Origin: Thiomonas intermedia
GTDB taxonomy: Bacteria > Pseudomonadota > Gammaproteobacteria > Burkholderiales > Burkholderiaceae_C
NCBI GenBank assembly: GCA_020722545.1
Contig: DYKQ01000004.1
Location: forward strand, 833-64,832
Reading direction: 5' to 3'
Length of the DNA: 64,000 bases
This document shows positions 50,813-62,186 of this stretch, piece after piece (position 1 is the stretch's first letter; every line of letters begins with the position of its first letter). A program made the translations under genes and the position numbers. Below the pieces are notes generated by a model. The model ran no database searches. It saw only the letters and a list, made by a program, of their open reading frames with translations, and had not been told where the DNA came from.

Positions 50813-52777
50813 TTAGTCGCGACGCAGCTGAATGAGGGCGTGCTCGTGCAGGCCGAGAATGTTGAACAGACCGGCGATCAGCCGGTGTACGCCAGTGAAC
50901 TGCAGGGTCTTGCCCTGATCGTGTTGCATCATGGCCCAGTTGAGCAGGGCGCCTGCGCTCGAAAAATCGATACGGCGCAACTGACGCAGGGAAATGTTCA
51001 ACTGTTCATGCGCTTTGGCCGCCTGCTCCAGCGGGTTCAGAAAGTCGCTTGAACTGCCGAGAATCTCGCCGCTGAGATGCAACTGCGCTGAACGCGAGCC
51101 GCCATTGCCCAACACGGAATTCGGGCTGACCCCGGAGCCCTGAAATTCAGCCGGGCCGGTGGATGCCTCAGGCGCTGCGCTGCCGTCCACGCCGACGAGC
51201 TCGACTCTGGCGCGGCTGGCCTCCCAGGTGGGGGGCGAGATTTCGTAGGTCACGCAGTAGTCGAGCGCGATGGCGTCGAAATCGTCCCGCTGGTTGACCA
51301 AGCGCAGCAACTCCAGACGCAAGGCCCACCACTGCGGATCGGCCTCGCGCTGCATGGCGGGCGCCTGCGCCTGGCAAAGGGACAGCAGCGCATTCGCGCC
51401 GTGCAGGGTGACGGTGCAGGCGGTGTTGTTGATCGTTTTCAGCGACTCCACCAGCGTGGGCAAGGCGGTAGGCGTTAGGGTGCGCACCTCCTCGAAGCTC
51501 AATTCAAGGGCCGACGGCGCATTGAGCAGCAGCTTGCGCAAACGCTCGGTCTGGACGGCATCGACCGTTGCAGAAAATATCAGGGACGGTTTGAAATTGT
51601 TTGGCGCGGGCGCGGCCGCCGCAGCGGGCGCGGGCAGGCCGTCTTCGGCCATCGGCGCCGAGGTCTGGAAGCGGCTGACGAAATCGGCCACCAGGGCTTC
51701 GAACTTGTCGATCTGACCCGAAGCGCGGAACAGGTCAAACAGCGCCAGCCAGAGCTCTTTCTCTGAACCTAGATCCTGCGAGTTGGAAATGGCGTCGCGC
51801 AAGGCCGACTCGGCGGCGACATCATCGCCGTTGGCGAAGTCCATCACCGCCTGATCGAACAGGGGATTGGAGCTCAAAGCCTCGTGCACTTCCACGGCAA
51901 AGTAGGCGCTGGGCATGAAGTCATTGCTCGATCGCAGCCAACTGTCGCCCGAGGGCGCCGAGGTATGCGGCGGCAGAGCGTCGGCGCTCAGGCGGGTGGC
52001 CGCTGCCAGCGTGGGCTGCTCGTCGAACGGCAGGGCAGCCGGTTGCGACTTGCGCACATGCGTTGGCGGAACGCTGGGTACGAAGGGGACGGTTGGGGCG
52101 TAGCCAACAGGCGGTTGTGTTGCTTGTTCACCCGGCGCCGTGGTCGGGCCGGACTGCGACGGCACACCGGTTGTGGGTTGAGTCGTCAGACCGCCCGGCT
52201 TGGTGATCAGTGTGGTATCGGCATAGGCCGTGTCGACCTTGAAGTGCATCGGTCCAGTCGTCTGCGACTCGGGCGACAGCGTTCCCGCCGTCAGGGATGG
52301 AGGCGCGAAGGTGAGAGGCGGTTTAGTCTGCGATGGCTGGTGGCTTTGGGGGGGCAGACTCTGGGGATGAGATCGGGCCGCGGGCGCAGGCATCTGCCGC
52401 GTGACCGGCCCGCGACTGCGGGTCGCGGGAGCGGCGTGATCGCCCGCCATAGATTTCTCGATCTCGTTGATTTTTCGCAGGGTTTCGTCCCGGTCGTGTA
52501 CCGGGGCGGGCTGGGACGTCAGATCGGGAACATTGGTCTGCAGGCTGTCATCCATGCCCAGATCGGTGGCCTCGCGTCTGCGAAGCTTGCGCAGGCCGTC
52601 GAGTTCGCGTTTGCGGATGAAATCGTCCTGACGCTTCTGGTCCTCGCGCGCCTTGATCCGGGCGAGGTTCTCATGCTCTTGAAGGGCCTGTTCGTCGGTC
52701 AGCGACCAGTCGCGCGTCGGGTTCTTGACGAAAGAACCCACTCGCTTCCAGAAACCACCTGAATCAGAACGGCTCAT
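50813..52777 (-). CDS. STAS-domain-containing protein with long disordered linker
   Basis: C-terminal [15 protein letters not shown]...[10 protein letters not shown] (STAS-like); N-terminal [18 protein letters not shown] helix. Confidence 0.75.
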   Translation of the reverse strand: MSRSDSGGFWKRVGSFVKNPTRDWSLTDEQALQEHENLARIKAREDQKRQDDFIRKRELDGLRKLRRREATDLGMDDSLQTNVPDLTSQPAPVHDRDETLRKINEIEKSMAGDHAAPATRSRGPVTRQMPAPAARSHPQSLPPQSHQPSQTKPPLTFAPPSLTAGTLSPESQTTGPMHFKVDTAYADTTLITKPGGLTTQPTTGVPSQSGPTTAPGEQATQPPVGYAPTVPFVPSVPPTHVRKSQPAALPFDEQPTLAAATRLSADALPPHTSAPSGDSWLRSSNDFMPSAYFAVEVHEALSSNPLFDQAVMDFANGDDVAAESALRDAISNSQDLGSEKELWLALFDLFRASGQIDKFEALVADFVSRFQTSAPMAEDGLPAPAAAAAPAPNNFKPSLIFSATVDAVQTERLRKLLLNAPSALELSFEEVRTLTPTALPTLVESLKTINNTACTVTLHGANALLSLCQAQAPAMQREADPQWWALRLELLRLVNQRDDFDAIALDYCVTYEISPPTWEASRARVELVGVDGSAAPEASTGPAEFQGSGVSPNSVLGNGGSRSAQLHLSGEILGSSSDFLNPLEQAAKAHEQLNISLRQLRRIDFSSAGALLNWAMMQHDQGKTLQFTGVHRLIAGLFNILGLHEHALIQLRRD

Positions 52778-52833
52778 GCCTGAGTTGCCCGGAAATCGCG
52801 CCTGCCGCAGGGAGGCGGCAGATCATCAATCAA

Positions 52834-53664
52834 TCAATCGTTGAACATTTTCTGCTTGATCTCGCGGCGCTGCTGCGCTTCGAGCGACAGGGTGGCCGTC
52901 GGCCGGGCCAGCAGACGGCCGATGCCGATGGGCTCGCCTGTTTCTTCGCACCAGCCATATTCGCCGCTTTCGATGCGCTGCAGCGATTGGTCAATTTTTT
53001 TCAGCAGCTTGCGCTCACGGTCGCGGGTGCGCAACTCCAGCGCATGCTCTTCTTCGATGGTGGCGCGATCAGCCGGATCGGGGACCAGCAGCGTGTCTTC
53101 GCGCAGATGCTCGGTAGTTTCGCCCGCGCTCTTGATCAGATCGTCGCGCATGGTGCTGAGCAGACGCTTGAAGTAGTCGAGCTGGACTTCGTTCATGTAT
53201 TCGGCCTCGGGCATGGCCAGCAGTTCTTGCTCGGTCAGTTCGGAGGCAGACTTGTGCTTCCAGGCATTGGCAAGCTTGGGATCGGCTTTTCTGGGGGGGG
53301 ATTCGATGGTTGTGCTGCTCATGGAACTTCTGTCGAGTCGGATAGGTTCCGGCGACCCCATGGCCGCCGACAAGGGTTTTGAGGCGTGGAGTTTACTCAC
53401 GCCAGACGAAGATGAGCGCCGAAGCGCCGGGGAAGCGGTGACTTTTTTGGCCGACGCGGCAGAGACGACCGGCACGGTTTGCGCTGCTGCAGCCTTGGCG
53501 GCCGACTTGACGGGCGCAGCTTTGTCGGGCACTACTGGCGCCGCCTGAACGACTGGCGCGGCCTTGGTCTTGGCTGCAACTGGTTTGACTGCGGGTTTTT
53601 TGTCTGCCGCCTCAGGCTTGCTCTTGCCTGCGGCGGCGACCGCTTTTTGAGACGACTTGACCAC
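52834..53664 (-). CDS. dksA: RNA polymerase-binding protein DksA with Ala/Lys/Pro-rich N-terminal extension
   Basis: EYMN, DPADRATIEEE, LRTRDRERKL; GTG start at 53664 chosen from the GGGAGG RBS (uncertain). Confidence 0.92.
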   Translation of the reverse strand: MVKSSQKAVAAAGKSKPEAADKKPAVKPVAAKTKAAPVVQAAPVVPDKAAPVKSAAKAAAAQTVPVVSAASAKKVTASPALRRSSSSGVSKLHASKPLSAAMGSPEPIRLDRSSMSSTTIESPPRKADPKLANAWKHKSASELTEQELLAMPEAEYMNEVQLDYFKRLLSTMRDDLIKSAGETTEHLREDTLLVPDPADRATIEEEHALELRTRDRERKLLKKIDQSLQRIESGEYGWCEETGEPIGIGRLLARPTATLSLEAQQRREIKQKMFND

Positions 53665-54019
53665 GAAAATCCTCCCGAACTTTCCCATCCGACGGCCCAT
53701 CGCCGCCTGATTTGCTGCATGGCCGGGCACGGACGAAGTGAATTTGTCGTGCACTGACCGAGCGCTGATTTGAGCGTGGGGAGCCGCCCTGAATTGGATA
53801 ATGCCCCCGGATTTTCCCCGCTCTAGGCATCATGCCTTTGCTTTTCCGGGACTCAGATCATCAACCCAACTGTCCCTCGATTTCACCATGGCCGCGTTTT
53901 GTCGTGCGAGCTGTCATTCTGGTTAGCCATTTTCTGGTTAGCCGTTCCCTAGCCACTACCTGGCTGGCCACTGCCAAAACTGGCCGATTCTATTCATTTC
54001 GGGTGGCAAGGCAAATGCA

Positions 54020-55078
54020 TCATCCGATCAGGCATTGCTGCAGGCCTTTTTCGAGGATGTCACGCGGCAGATCGATGCCGATGAAAACCATCTTGCTCTG
54101 CCGCTGTTCCTGCGCGCCCCAGGGCGCGGCGAGATCGCTGCCCATGAGCTGGTGCACGCCCTGGAACACCACTTTGCGGTCGATGCCCTGCATGTTCAGC
54201 ACGCCCTTGTAGCGCAGCATGCGCGGGCCGTAGACCTGCACGATGGCGCCGAGAAAGTCTTCGAGCTTGGCGGGGTCGAAGGGTTTGTCGGCGCGGTAGA
54301 CGAAGGATTTCACGTCATCGTCGTGGTGATGGTGGTGCGGGTGATTGCAGTGTTCGCCATGTTCGTGATCATGGTCATGGTGGGCATGATCGTGGTGGTC
54401 GTGATGATCGTCATCGTCGGCCTTGAGGAAATCGGGGTCGATGTCGAGCTTGGCGTTGAGGTTGAAGCCCTTGAGGTCGAGCACCTGCGACAGCGGCGCC
54501 TCGCCGAAATGCACCACGCTTTGCTTGGCGCGCGGATTCATATGGGCGAGCCGATGCTGCAGGTCGGCGAGTTCTTCGGTGCTGACCAGATCGGCCTTGC
54601 TGATGAAAATCTGGTCGGCGAAACCCACCTGACGGCGCGCTTCCTGCCGGGTGTCGAGCTGCTGGTTGGCGTGCTTGGCGTCGACCAGGGTGAGGATGGC
54701 GTCGAGCATGTACTGGCTGGCGACCTCGTCGTCCATGAAAAAGGTCTGCGCCACCGGGCCAGGGTCGGCGATGCCGGTGGTCTCGATGACCACGCGGTCG
54801 AACACCAGTTCGCCCTTGCGACGTCTGGCGGCTAGATCGGCCAGGGTGGCGCGCAGGTCGTCGCGAATGGTGCAGCAGATGCAGCCATTCGACATCTGCA
54901 CGATCTGCTCGCCCGCCTCCTGCACCAGGATGTCGCTGTCGATGTTCTCTTCGCCGAATTCGTTTTCGATCACGGCAATCTTGGAGCCATGCGCTTCGTG
55001 CAGCACGCGCTTGAGCAGGGTGGTTTTGCCGCTGCCGAGAAAACCGGTGACGATGGTGGCGGGAATGAGGGAGGCCAT
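54020..55078 (-). CDS. COG0523/CobW-family metallochaperone GTPase with His-rich tract
   Basis: GFLGSGKTT, NEFGE, GCICC, ETTG, SKAD; DDDDHHDHHDHAHH...HHHHH. Confidence 0.92.
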   Translation of the reverse strand: MASLIPATIVTGFLGSGKTTLLKRVLHEAHGSKIAVIENEFGEENIDSDILVQEAGEQIVQMSNGCICCTIRDDLRATLADLAARRRKGELVFDRVVIETTGIADPGPVAQTFFMDDEVASQYMLDAILTLVDAKHANQQLDTRQEARRQVGFADQIFISKADLVSTEELADLQHRLAHMNPRAKQSVVHFGEAPLSQVLDLKGFNLNAKLDIDPDFLKADDDDHHDHHDHAHHDHDHEHGEHCNHPHHHHHDDDVKSFVYRADKPFDPAKLEDFLGAIVQVYGPRMLRYKGVLNMQGIDRKVVFQGVHQLMGSDLAAPWGAQEQRQSKMVFIGIDLPRDILEKGLQQCLIG

Positions 55079-55146
55079 GGTGGGATTCCTTGAAAGAAGC
55101 AACGCCCGTCCAGATCGGGGCGGTCAACGAAAAATCAACCGGAAGT

Positions 55147-56328
55147 TCAACTGCGGCGCAGCAGCAGCCCCTTGAGATACTCGCCTTCGGGGAAATGCAG
55201 GCTCAAGGGGTGGTCGAGCCCGGCGCCGGTGCGGGCGGCGATCTGCGCGTCTGCGTCCGCGTCGAGGGCGGCGCCCGCGACGATTTTCTGGAACAGCTCG
55301 GCGCTGACGCCGCCCGAGCACGAAAAGGTGAACAGCCAGCCGCCCGGCGGCAGCAGATGGAAGGCCAGGCGGTTGATGTCTTTGTAGGCGCGCGCCGCGC
55401 GTTCGACTTGTTGCGGGCTGGCGGCGAATTTGGGTGGATCGAGCACGATGGCGTCGAACTGCGCGCCTTCTTCGCGCAGGCGGCGCAGCGTGGCGTTGAC
55501 GTCGGCGTCGATGAATTGCGCTCGCCCCGGATCGAAGCCATTGAGCGCGACATGCTCGGCCGCAAGCGCCAGCGCGGGCGCGGAAGAATCGACCGACACC
55601 ACCTGCTGCGCCCCGCCGGCCAGGGCGGCCAGCGAGAAGCCGCCGGTGTAGCTGAAGCAGTTGAGCACGCGCTGCAGGCCGTGCGCGCGCACCGTGTCGG
55701 CGAAGCGGGCGCGGGCGTCGCGCTGATCGAGGTAGAAGCCGGTCTTGTGGCCGGTGGCGACATCGACCCGCAGCCGCAGCCCGTTTTCACGGATCTCGAC
55801 CTGTGTTTGCCCTTCGCCCAGCAGCCAGCCTGTGGCTGCGGGCAGGCCTTCGCGTTCGCGCAGCGCGGCGTCCGAGCGTTCGTAAACGCGGGTTTCGGGC
55901 ATGAGGGTGTGCAGGGCGCTGACGATCACGGATTTCCAGCGCTCAATCCCCGCGCTGCCCGCTTGCAGCACCACGATGTCGGCGTAGCGATCGACGATGC
56001 AGCCGGGCAGTCCGTCGCTCTCGCCGTGGACCAGGCGGCAGGCGGTGAGATCCAGTCCGAGTGCCTGGCGGCGCACGATGGCCGCGCGCAACTGCTCGGT
56101 GAAAAAGGCGGCGTCGATGCGTTGCGTGGCCTCGAAGCTCCAGACCCGCAGACGGATTTGCGAAGCGGGGCTGAACGCGGCCCAGGCGAGAAACTGGCCG
56201 TCGTGCGATTCCACGCGGACGGTTTCTCCGCTGTCGGCGCTGCCCTTGGCGATCGAGCTGGCGAACACCCAGGGGTGGCGGCGCAGCAAGGAGCGTTCCT
56301 TGCCCGGATGAAGGCGAATGGTTTTCAT
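55147..56328 (-). CDS. rlmI: 23S rRNA m5C1962 methyltransferase-like (RlmI family)
   Basis: PUA domain RRHPWVF, HGESDGLPG, GHKTGFYLDQR, LDPPKFA, FSCS. Confidence 0.85.
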   Translation of the reverse strand: MKTIRLHPGKERSLLRRHPWVFASSIAKGSADSGETVRVESHDGQFLAWAAFSPASQIRLRVWSFEATQRIDAAFFTEQLRAAIVRRQALGLDLTACRLVHGESDGLPGCIVDRYADIVVLQAGSAGIERWKSVIVSALHTLMPETRVYERSDAALREREGLPAATGWLLGEGQTQVEIRENGLRLRVDVATGHKTGFYLDQRDARARFADTVRAHGLQRVLNCFSYTGGFSLAALAGGAQQVVSVDSSAPALALAAEHVALNGFDPGRAQFIDADVNATLRRLREEGAQFDAIVLDPPKFAASPQQVERAARAYKDINRLAFHLLPPGGWLFTFSCSGGVSAELFQKIVAGAALDADADAQIAARTGAGLDHPLSLHFPEGEYLKGLLLRRS

Positions 56329-56336
56329 GGAGGGCC

Positions 56337-57359
56337 TTAGGGTTTTTTGCGCGCCCGCGGATGGGCGGCGTCGTAGACCTTGGCCAAATGTTGGAAGTCC
56401 AGGCGGGTGTAGACCTGTGTGGTGGCAATGCTGGAGTGACCGAGCAATTCTTGCACCGCGCGCAAATCGCCGCTGGACTGCAGCACATGCGAGGCGAAGG
56501 AGTGGCGCAGCATGTGCGGATGCACGCGGGCATCGAGCCCGGCGGCGCGGGCGTGCTCGCGCAGCTCCAGCCAGACTCGCTGCGGCGTGAGGCGCGCGCC
56601 GCGTGCGCCGAGAAACAGCGCGACCTGCGCGTCGGCGTCGGCATCGGGGCGAAGCAGGGCGGGGCGTTGCTCCAGCCATTGCCGCAGCGCCAGCAGGGCG
56701 GGACGGCCGATGGGCACGCTGCGCCGCTTGTCGCCCTTGCCGGTGACGATGGCTTCGGCGGCGTCCCAGTCGATCCAGCCGCGCGCGGTCTTGCTGGCGC
56801 GCACGTCCAGCCCGGTGAGCTCGGACACGCGCAGCCCGCAGGAATAAAGCAGTTCGGCGATGGCATGCGCCCGCGCGCTGCGGGTGGCGAAGGGTTCGGC
56901 CTGGTGCGGGCGTCGGCGCGGTTGCGATTCGGGCGCGGATTCTTGCGGGGTGTAAGCGGCCAGCGCCACGGCCTGATCGACCGAAAGCGCCTTGGGCAGC
57001 GGCTTGGCGGCCTTGGGCGCACGCACGTCCTGCACCGGGTTGGCGGCGACGAAGCCGAGCCGCCCCATCCACCGGAAAAAGCTGCGCCAGGCCGACAGCC
57101 GCGCCGCGATGGCGCGCGGACTCATGCCGCCGGCGTGAAGCTGCGCGGCCCAGCGGCGGATGTGCAGCGACTCGATTGGCGCCGCGCCCAGCGTTTCGGC
57201 GCGCTGCAGCAGGTCATCGAGGTCGCGCCGATAGTTGATCAACGTACCGTCGGCCAGACGGCGTTCGGTTTGCGCATGCGCGAGATAGTCCGCCGCCAAT
57301 TGGCGCAAGGGCGGGCTATTGTGTGAGCTGCAGGGCAGGAGTGAGCCGGGCGCGGCCAT
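56337..57359 (-). CDS. xerC: Tyrosine recombinase XerC
   Basis: YSCGLRVSEL, GKGDK, HPHMLRHSFASH, LGHSSIATTQVY; dapF-DUF484-xerC synteny. Confidence 0.92.
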   Translation of the reverse strand: MAAPGSLLPCSSHNSPPLRQLAADYLAHAQTERRLADGTLINYRRDLDDLLQRAETLGAAPIESLHIRRWAAQLHAGGMSPRAIAARLSAWRSFFRWMGRLGFVAANPVQDVRAPKAAKPLPKALSVDQAVALAAYTPQESAPESQPRRRPHQAEPFATRSARAHAIAELLYSCGLRVSELTGLDVRASKTARGWIDWDAAEAIVTGKGDKRRSVPIGRPALLALRQWLEQRPALLRPDADADAQVALFLGARGARLTPQRVWLELREHARAAGLDARVHPHMLRHSFASHVLQSSGDLRAVQELLGHSSIATTQVYTRLDFQHLAKVYDAAHPRARKKP

Positions 57360-57409
57360 ATTGGTGAACTGCGTGGCAAACAGCAGGGCGGAGAACGGTT
57401 TGGGCGGGC

Positions 57410-58081
57410 TCAGCGCGCGAGCAGGCCGACGAGCGCGGCGCTGGCCAGCTGGCTGATGAGGTTGAGGAAATCAGTGCCCATATCGGCGGTGAAGCGCTGG
57501 CTGTCGGGGGAAGCCAGCACCAGCAGCCCCATGCACATGCTGGTGTGCGGGTTTTGCAGCGGAATGAGCGCGAGCGATTGCGCCATCTGCGCGTCCGGCA
57601 GCCAGTGCGCGGCCTCGAAGCCGGGGTTGGGGCCGACGAAGGGCGCGGCCAGGCTGGCGGCGAAGGTCTTGGCGTCTTCGCTCGCGCCGGTGGCGAAATC
57701 GAGCGCGGCGAACTCTTCGCGCACTGGCCAGAGCTTGAGCGCGGTCATGGGCAGGTCGAAGGCGGACTTGAGGGTGTCCTGCAGGGTTTGCGGCAACTGC
57801 TCCGGTGCGCCCTGTTGCGCCAGCATGACATCGCGGGCCCACAGCAGCAGCTTGCCGGCCAGGGTTTCGTTGTCCACCGCGTTGCGCATCATCGCGGCGA
57901 GGCGATGCTCCAGAGTGCGCATTTTGTCGCGCAGCATTTCCATCTGCCGTTCCTGCAGCGACACGGCGCGGTTGCCGTGCGGGCTGAGCAGTTGCACGGT
58001 GGTGAGCAGTTCGGCGTGGCGCTCGAAAAATTCGGGGTTGGCGGCGAGATAGGCGGCCAGATCGTGTTCGCTCAGTTCCAT
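57410..58081 (-). CDS. DUF484 (YigA-like) protein
   Basis: YLAANPEFFERH, AVSLQERQ, RFTADMGTDFL. Confidence 0.88.
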   Translation of the reverse strand: MELSEHDLAAYLAANPEFFERHAELLTTVQLLSPHGNRAVSLQERQMEMLRDKMRTLEHRLAAMMRNAVDNETLAGKLLLWARDVMLAQQGAPEQLPQTLQDTLKSAFDLPMTALKLWPVREEFAALDFATGASEDAKTFAASLAAPFVGPNPGFEAAHWLPDAQMAQSLALIPLQNPHTSMCMGLLVLASPDSQRFTADMGTDFLNLISQLASAALVGLLAR

Positions 58082-58094
58082 CGGGTGTTCTCCA

Positions 58095-58958
58095 TCAGGG
58101 CAGATCGGGAAGGTCGATCGTGCCGTCAAAAACAAAAGCGGCGGGGCCGGTCATGCGCACGGGTCGCCCCATGCCCGCCCAGGATATGGTCAGCAGGCCG
58201 CCGCGGGTCTGCACATCGACGGCGCCCTGCAGCCAGCCGTGGCGCAGCCCGGCCACCACGGCGGCGCAGGCGCCAGTGCCGCAGGCCAGGGTTTCGCCCG
58301 CGCCGCGCTCCCAGACGCGCAGGCGGATGTGCTGGGCATCGACGATCTGCATGAAACCGGCGTTGACCCGGTTGGGGAAACGGGGGTGATGCTCGATCAG
58401 CGGGCCGTCGTGCAAGACGGGCGCGGCGTCCACGTCGGCCACGCGCTGCACGGCATGCGGATTGCCCATCGACAGCACGCTCACCCAGGCGGTGGCCCCT
58501 GCGAGGTCCAGAGGCCATTGCTCCCAGTCATCGACCGGCTGCGGCGTCAGGCCGTGGGCCTCGAAAGGCACGCGCGGCAGATCGAAAACCGGCGCGCCCA
58601 TGTCCACGGTGACGCGGCCGTCGGCCTGCAGTTCGGGCTCGATGAGGCCGGAGAGCGTCTGCACCCGGATGCGTCTTTTGGCGGTCAGCCCCTTGCCATG
58701 CACATAGGCGACGAAGCAGCGCGCGCCGTTGCCGCATTGCTCCACCTCGCCGCCATCAGCGTTGAAAATGCGGTAGCGGAAGTCCACCTCGGCCGATGGC
58801 GCGGGCTCGACCAGCAGAATCTGGTCGGCGCCGACGCCAAAGTGCCGGTCGGCCAGCAGGCGCAACTGCGCCGCACTGAGCACGATGGGCGCGCGGGTGG
58901 CGTCGAGCACGACAAAGTCGTTGCCGGCGCCGTGCATTTTGGTGAATGCGACTTGCAT
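58095..58958 (-). CDS. dapF: Diaminopimelate epimerase
   Basis: [35 protein letters not shown]. Confidence 0.97.
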   Translation of the reverse strand: MQVAFTKMHGAGNDFVVLDATRAPIVLSAAQLRLLADRHFGVGADQILLVEPAPSAEVDFRYRIFNADGGEVEQCGNGARCFVAYVHGKGLTAKRRIRVQTLSGLIEPELQADGRVTVDMGAPVFDLPRVPFEAHGLTPQPVDDWEQWPLDLAGATAWVSVLSMGNPHAVQRVADVDAAPVLHDGPLIEHHPRFPNRVNAGFMQIVDAQHIRLRVWERGAGETLACGTGACAAVVAGLRHGWLQGAVDVQTRGGLLTISWAGMGRPVRMTGPAAFVFDGTIDLPDLP

Positions 58959-58961
58959 GGG

Positions 58962-59867
58962 TCAGTAAAGAGAAGGCTCGCCTTCGGGGCGGTTCTTGAA
59001 GCGCTTGTGCACCCAATGGTATTGCGCGGGCATGGTGCGCACCTGGTCTTCGATGAAACGGTTCATGCGCCGCAGATCGGCGTCGATGTCGGCGGGCTTG
59101 CCCCGGGCGTCCAGCGCGGGAAAATCGGCCCAGGCGGGATGCACGGTGATGGCGTAGCCGCGCGCGCCGGGCAGGATGCGGGTGACCACGGCGTAAACCC
59201 GGGCGTCGGCGGAAGCCGCCAGCCGCGGGGCGACGTCGAGGGTGGCAGCGGGAACGCCGAAAAAGTCGATGAAGCGCGAGCTGCGCAGGCCGAAGTCCAT
59301 ATCGGGCAGGGTGTAGAACGGCACCCCGGCTTTGAGTTGCCGCAGCATGGCTGCCGCGCCGTCGTGCCGCGAGACGATGGCGGCGGTGTGAAAGCGGCTG
59401 CGCCGCGCCACCACCCAGTCGTCGAGCACCTTGTTCTTCTGCGGGGTGTACATGCCCGACACCGGGCGCGGCGCCACCAGGCTGAGCGCCGTCCATCCGG
59501 CGTCCAGCCCCTCGAAGTGAAAACCCAGCAGCAGGGTGTTGCGGCTGCCGTCCAGCGCTTCCTCCACCGGGCCTTCGAGATGCAGCAGGCGCTGCAGGCG
59601 CTTCGGGCTGGCGTACCAGAGCACGCCGCGTTCGAGAAACGCCCGTGCGACGAAGACAAAATGCTGCCGCGCCACGGCGCGCTGCTGCTCAGCCGTCCAG
59701 TCGGGAAAGCACAGTTGCAGATTGCGCAGGGTGATGCGCCGACGCGAGCGGGCCAGCGGCCACAGCAGCCAGCCCACCGCCGTGCCCAGCGCAGCGAGCA
59801 TGGGATAGGGCAGCAGATGCAGCAGCCAGACGAGGCCGATGCTCAGACGGGCGAACAGCGACTTCAT
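58962..59867 (-). CDS. Lipid A biosynthesis acyltransferase (LpxL/HtrB family)
   Basis: HFEGLD (HxxxxD), PDMD, FFGVPA, QYHWVHKRFK. Confidence 0.88.
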   Translation of the reverse strand: MKSLFARLSIGLVWLLHLLPYPMLAALGTAVGWLLWPLARSRRRITLRNLQLCFPDWTAEQQRAVARQHFVFVARAFLERGVLWYASPKRLQRLLHLEGPVEEALDGSRNTLLLGFHFEGLDAGWTALSLVAPRPVSGMYTPQKNKVLDDWVVARRSRFHTAAIVSRHDGAAAMLRQLKAGVPFYTLPDMDFGLRSSRFIDFFGVPAATLDVAPRLAASADARVYAVVTRILPGARGYAITVHPAWADFPALDARGKPADIDADLRRMNRFIEDQVRTMPAQYHWVHKRFKNRPEGEPSLY

Positions 59868-60739
59868 GACGCGCTTTCCTCGGCAAGACTTGGCGCGGGG
59901 GGCGGCGGTGCGCCCGAGGGGATTTTGTAGCGGTTGTAGGCCCAGAGATATTGCTCGGGACAGCGCCGGATCAGGCCTTCCAGCGCTCGATTGATCTGCG
60001 TGGCGGCGCGTTGCGGGTCGGCGTCCAGGGCTTCGGGAAACGGCTCCAGCGTCAGGGTGTAGCCGCGCCCGCCGGGCTGGCGCAGGGCCGAGGCCAGAAT
60101 GATGCGGGCGTTGCCCAGTTGCACCAGGCGCGCAGGCAGCGTCATGGTGTAGGCCGGGCGGCCGAAAAAGTCGGCCCAGACGCCTTCGCCGCTGCCGGGC
60201 GCCTGATCGGGCAACAGACCGACGGACTCCCCCGCGCGCAGGGCGCGCAGCAATTGCCGCACCCCGGCGAGATTGGCCGGGGCGGTGGCCAGGTTGTGGC
60301 GCTGGCGCGAGGCCAGGGCCAGCGGCAGCAGCACGGCCTTGCGCGGCGGGCGGAACATCACCGTGATCGGGCTCCAGAGCGCGGCCGCCTGCGCCGAGAT
60401 TTCAAAGCATCCCAGGTGCGGCGTGAGATACAGCACGCCCATGCCCTGGGCGCGAACGGCATCGACATGCTCCTTGCCGATCACCTGCATCCGGTGCACG
60501 GGCGCCGCAGCGCCGCGCCGGAACCAGACCACGGGCAACTCGCCGACCATGCGTCCGGCCTGCGCGGCCGCCTTGCGCGCAAGCCGCTCTGGCGCGTAGC
60601 CCGCCTGTTGCAGATGGGCGCGCAGTCGCTGGCGATACACGCCCGATGCGGCATAAACCAGCAGGCCGAGCGCCGCCCCGAGCGACTGGAGCAAGCCCAG
60701 CGGCAAGACAGACAGCCAGCGGAAGACGCGGAGCAGCAC
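59864..60739 (-). CDS. Lipid A biosynthesis acyltransferase paralog
   Basis: HLGCFE (HxxxxE), LPDQ, FFGRPA, QYLWAYNRYK. Confidence 0.88.
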   Translation of the reverse strand: MLLRVFRWLSVLPLGLLQSLGAALGLLVYAASGVYRQRLRAHLQQAGYAPERLARKAAAQAGRMVGELPVVWFRRGAAAPVHRMQVIGKEHVDAVRAQGMGVLYLTPHLGCFEISAQAAALWSPITVMFRPPRKAVLLPLALASRQRHNLATAPANLAGVRQLLRALRAGESVGLLPDQAPGSGEGVWADFFGRPAYTMTLPARLVQLGNARIILASALRQPGGRGYTLTLEPFPEALDADPQRAATQINRALEGLIRRCPEQYLWAYNRYKIPSGAPPPPAPSLAEESAS

Positions 60740-60821
60740 GATGAAGGATTTCCCTGAGGCGCAAAGGGCGTCATGTTACGAAGCGCCGCTGAACAAAGGG
60801 TGTGCATAGAATCCATGACAT

Positions 60822-60905
60822 TGCCACCGAGTTAATGACAACTTGCGGGGTGGCAGGGGCAGGCGACCTTCGGGGCGGCTGCGCAGATGTCCGCTAAAGC
60901 GTCGC
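60822..60905 (+). ncRNA. SAM-II-like riboswitch candidate upstream of metK
   Basis: P1 TGCCACC/GGTGGCA, L1 GAGTTAA, CTTGC...GCTAAAG pseudoknot signature; TAGAAT -10 at 60807-60812. Confidence 0.6.
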
Positions 60906-60958
60906 CGTGCAAGACCCAAACGGTGGCGTCGATCCAACCGTTCAAAGAAAGGGCCGTC

Positions 60959-62152
<1,194 letters not shown>

Positions 62153-62186
62153 AAGAGGGCGTGTCAGGGGCGGCGGTTCGGCGACG

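Noticed and set aside
56337-57359. Tyrosine recombinase as a phage or ICE integrase
   Set aside because: The dapF-DUF484-xerC context identifies housekeeping XerC
58962-60739. Two tandem lipid A acyltransferases
   Set aside because: To my knowledge a common arrangement beside metK and dapF in Betaproteobacteria
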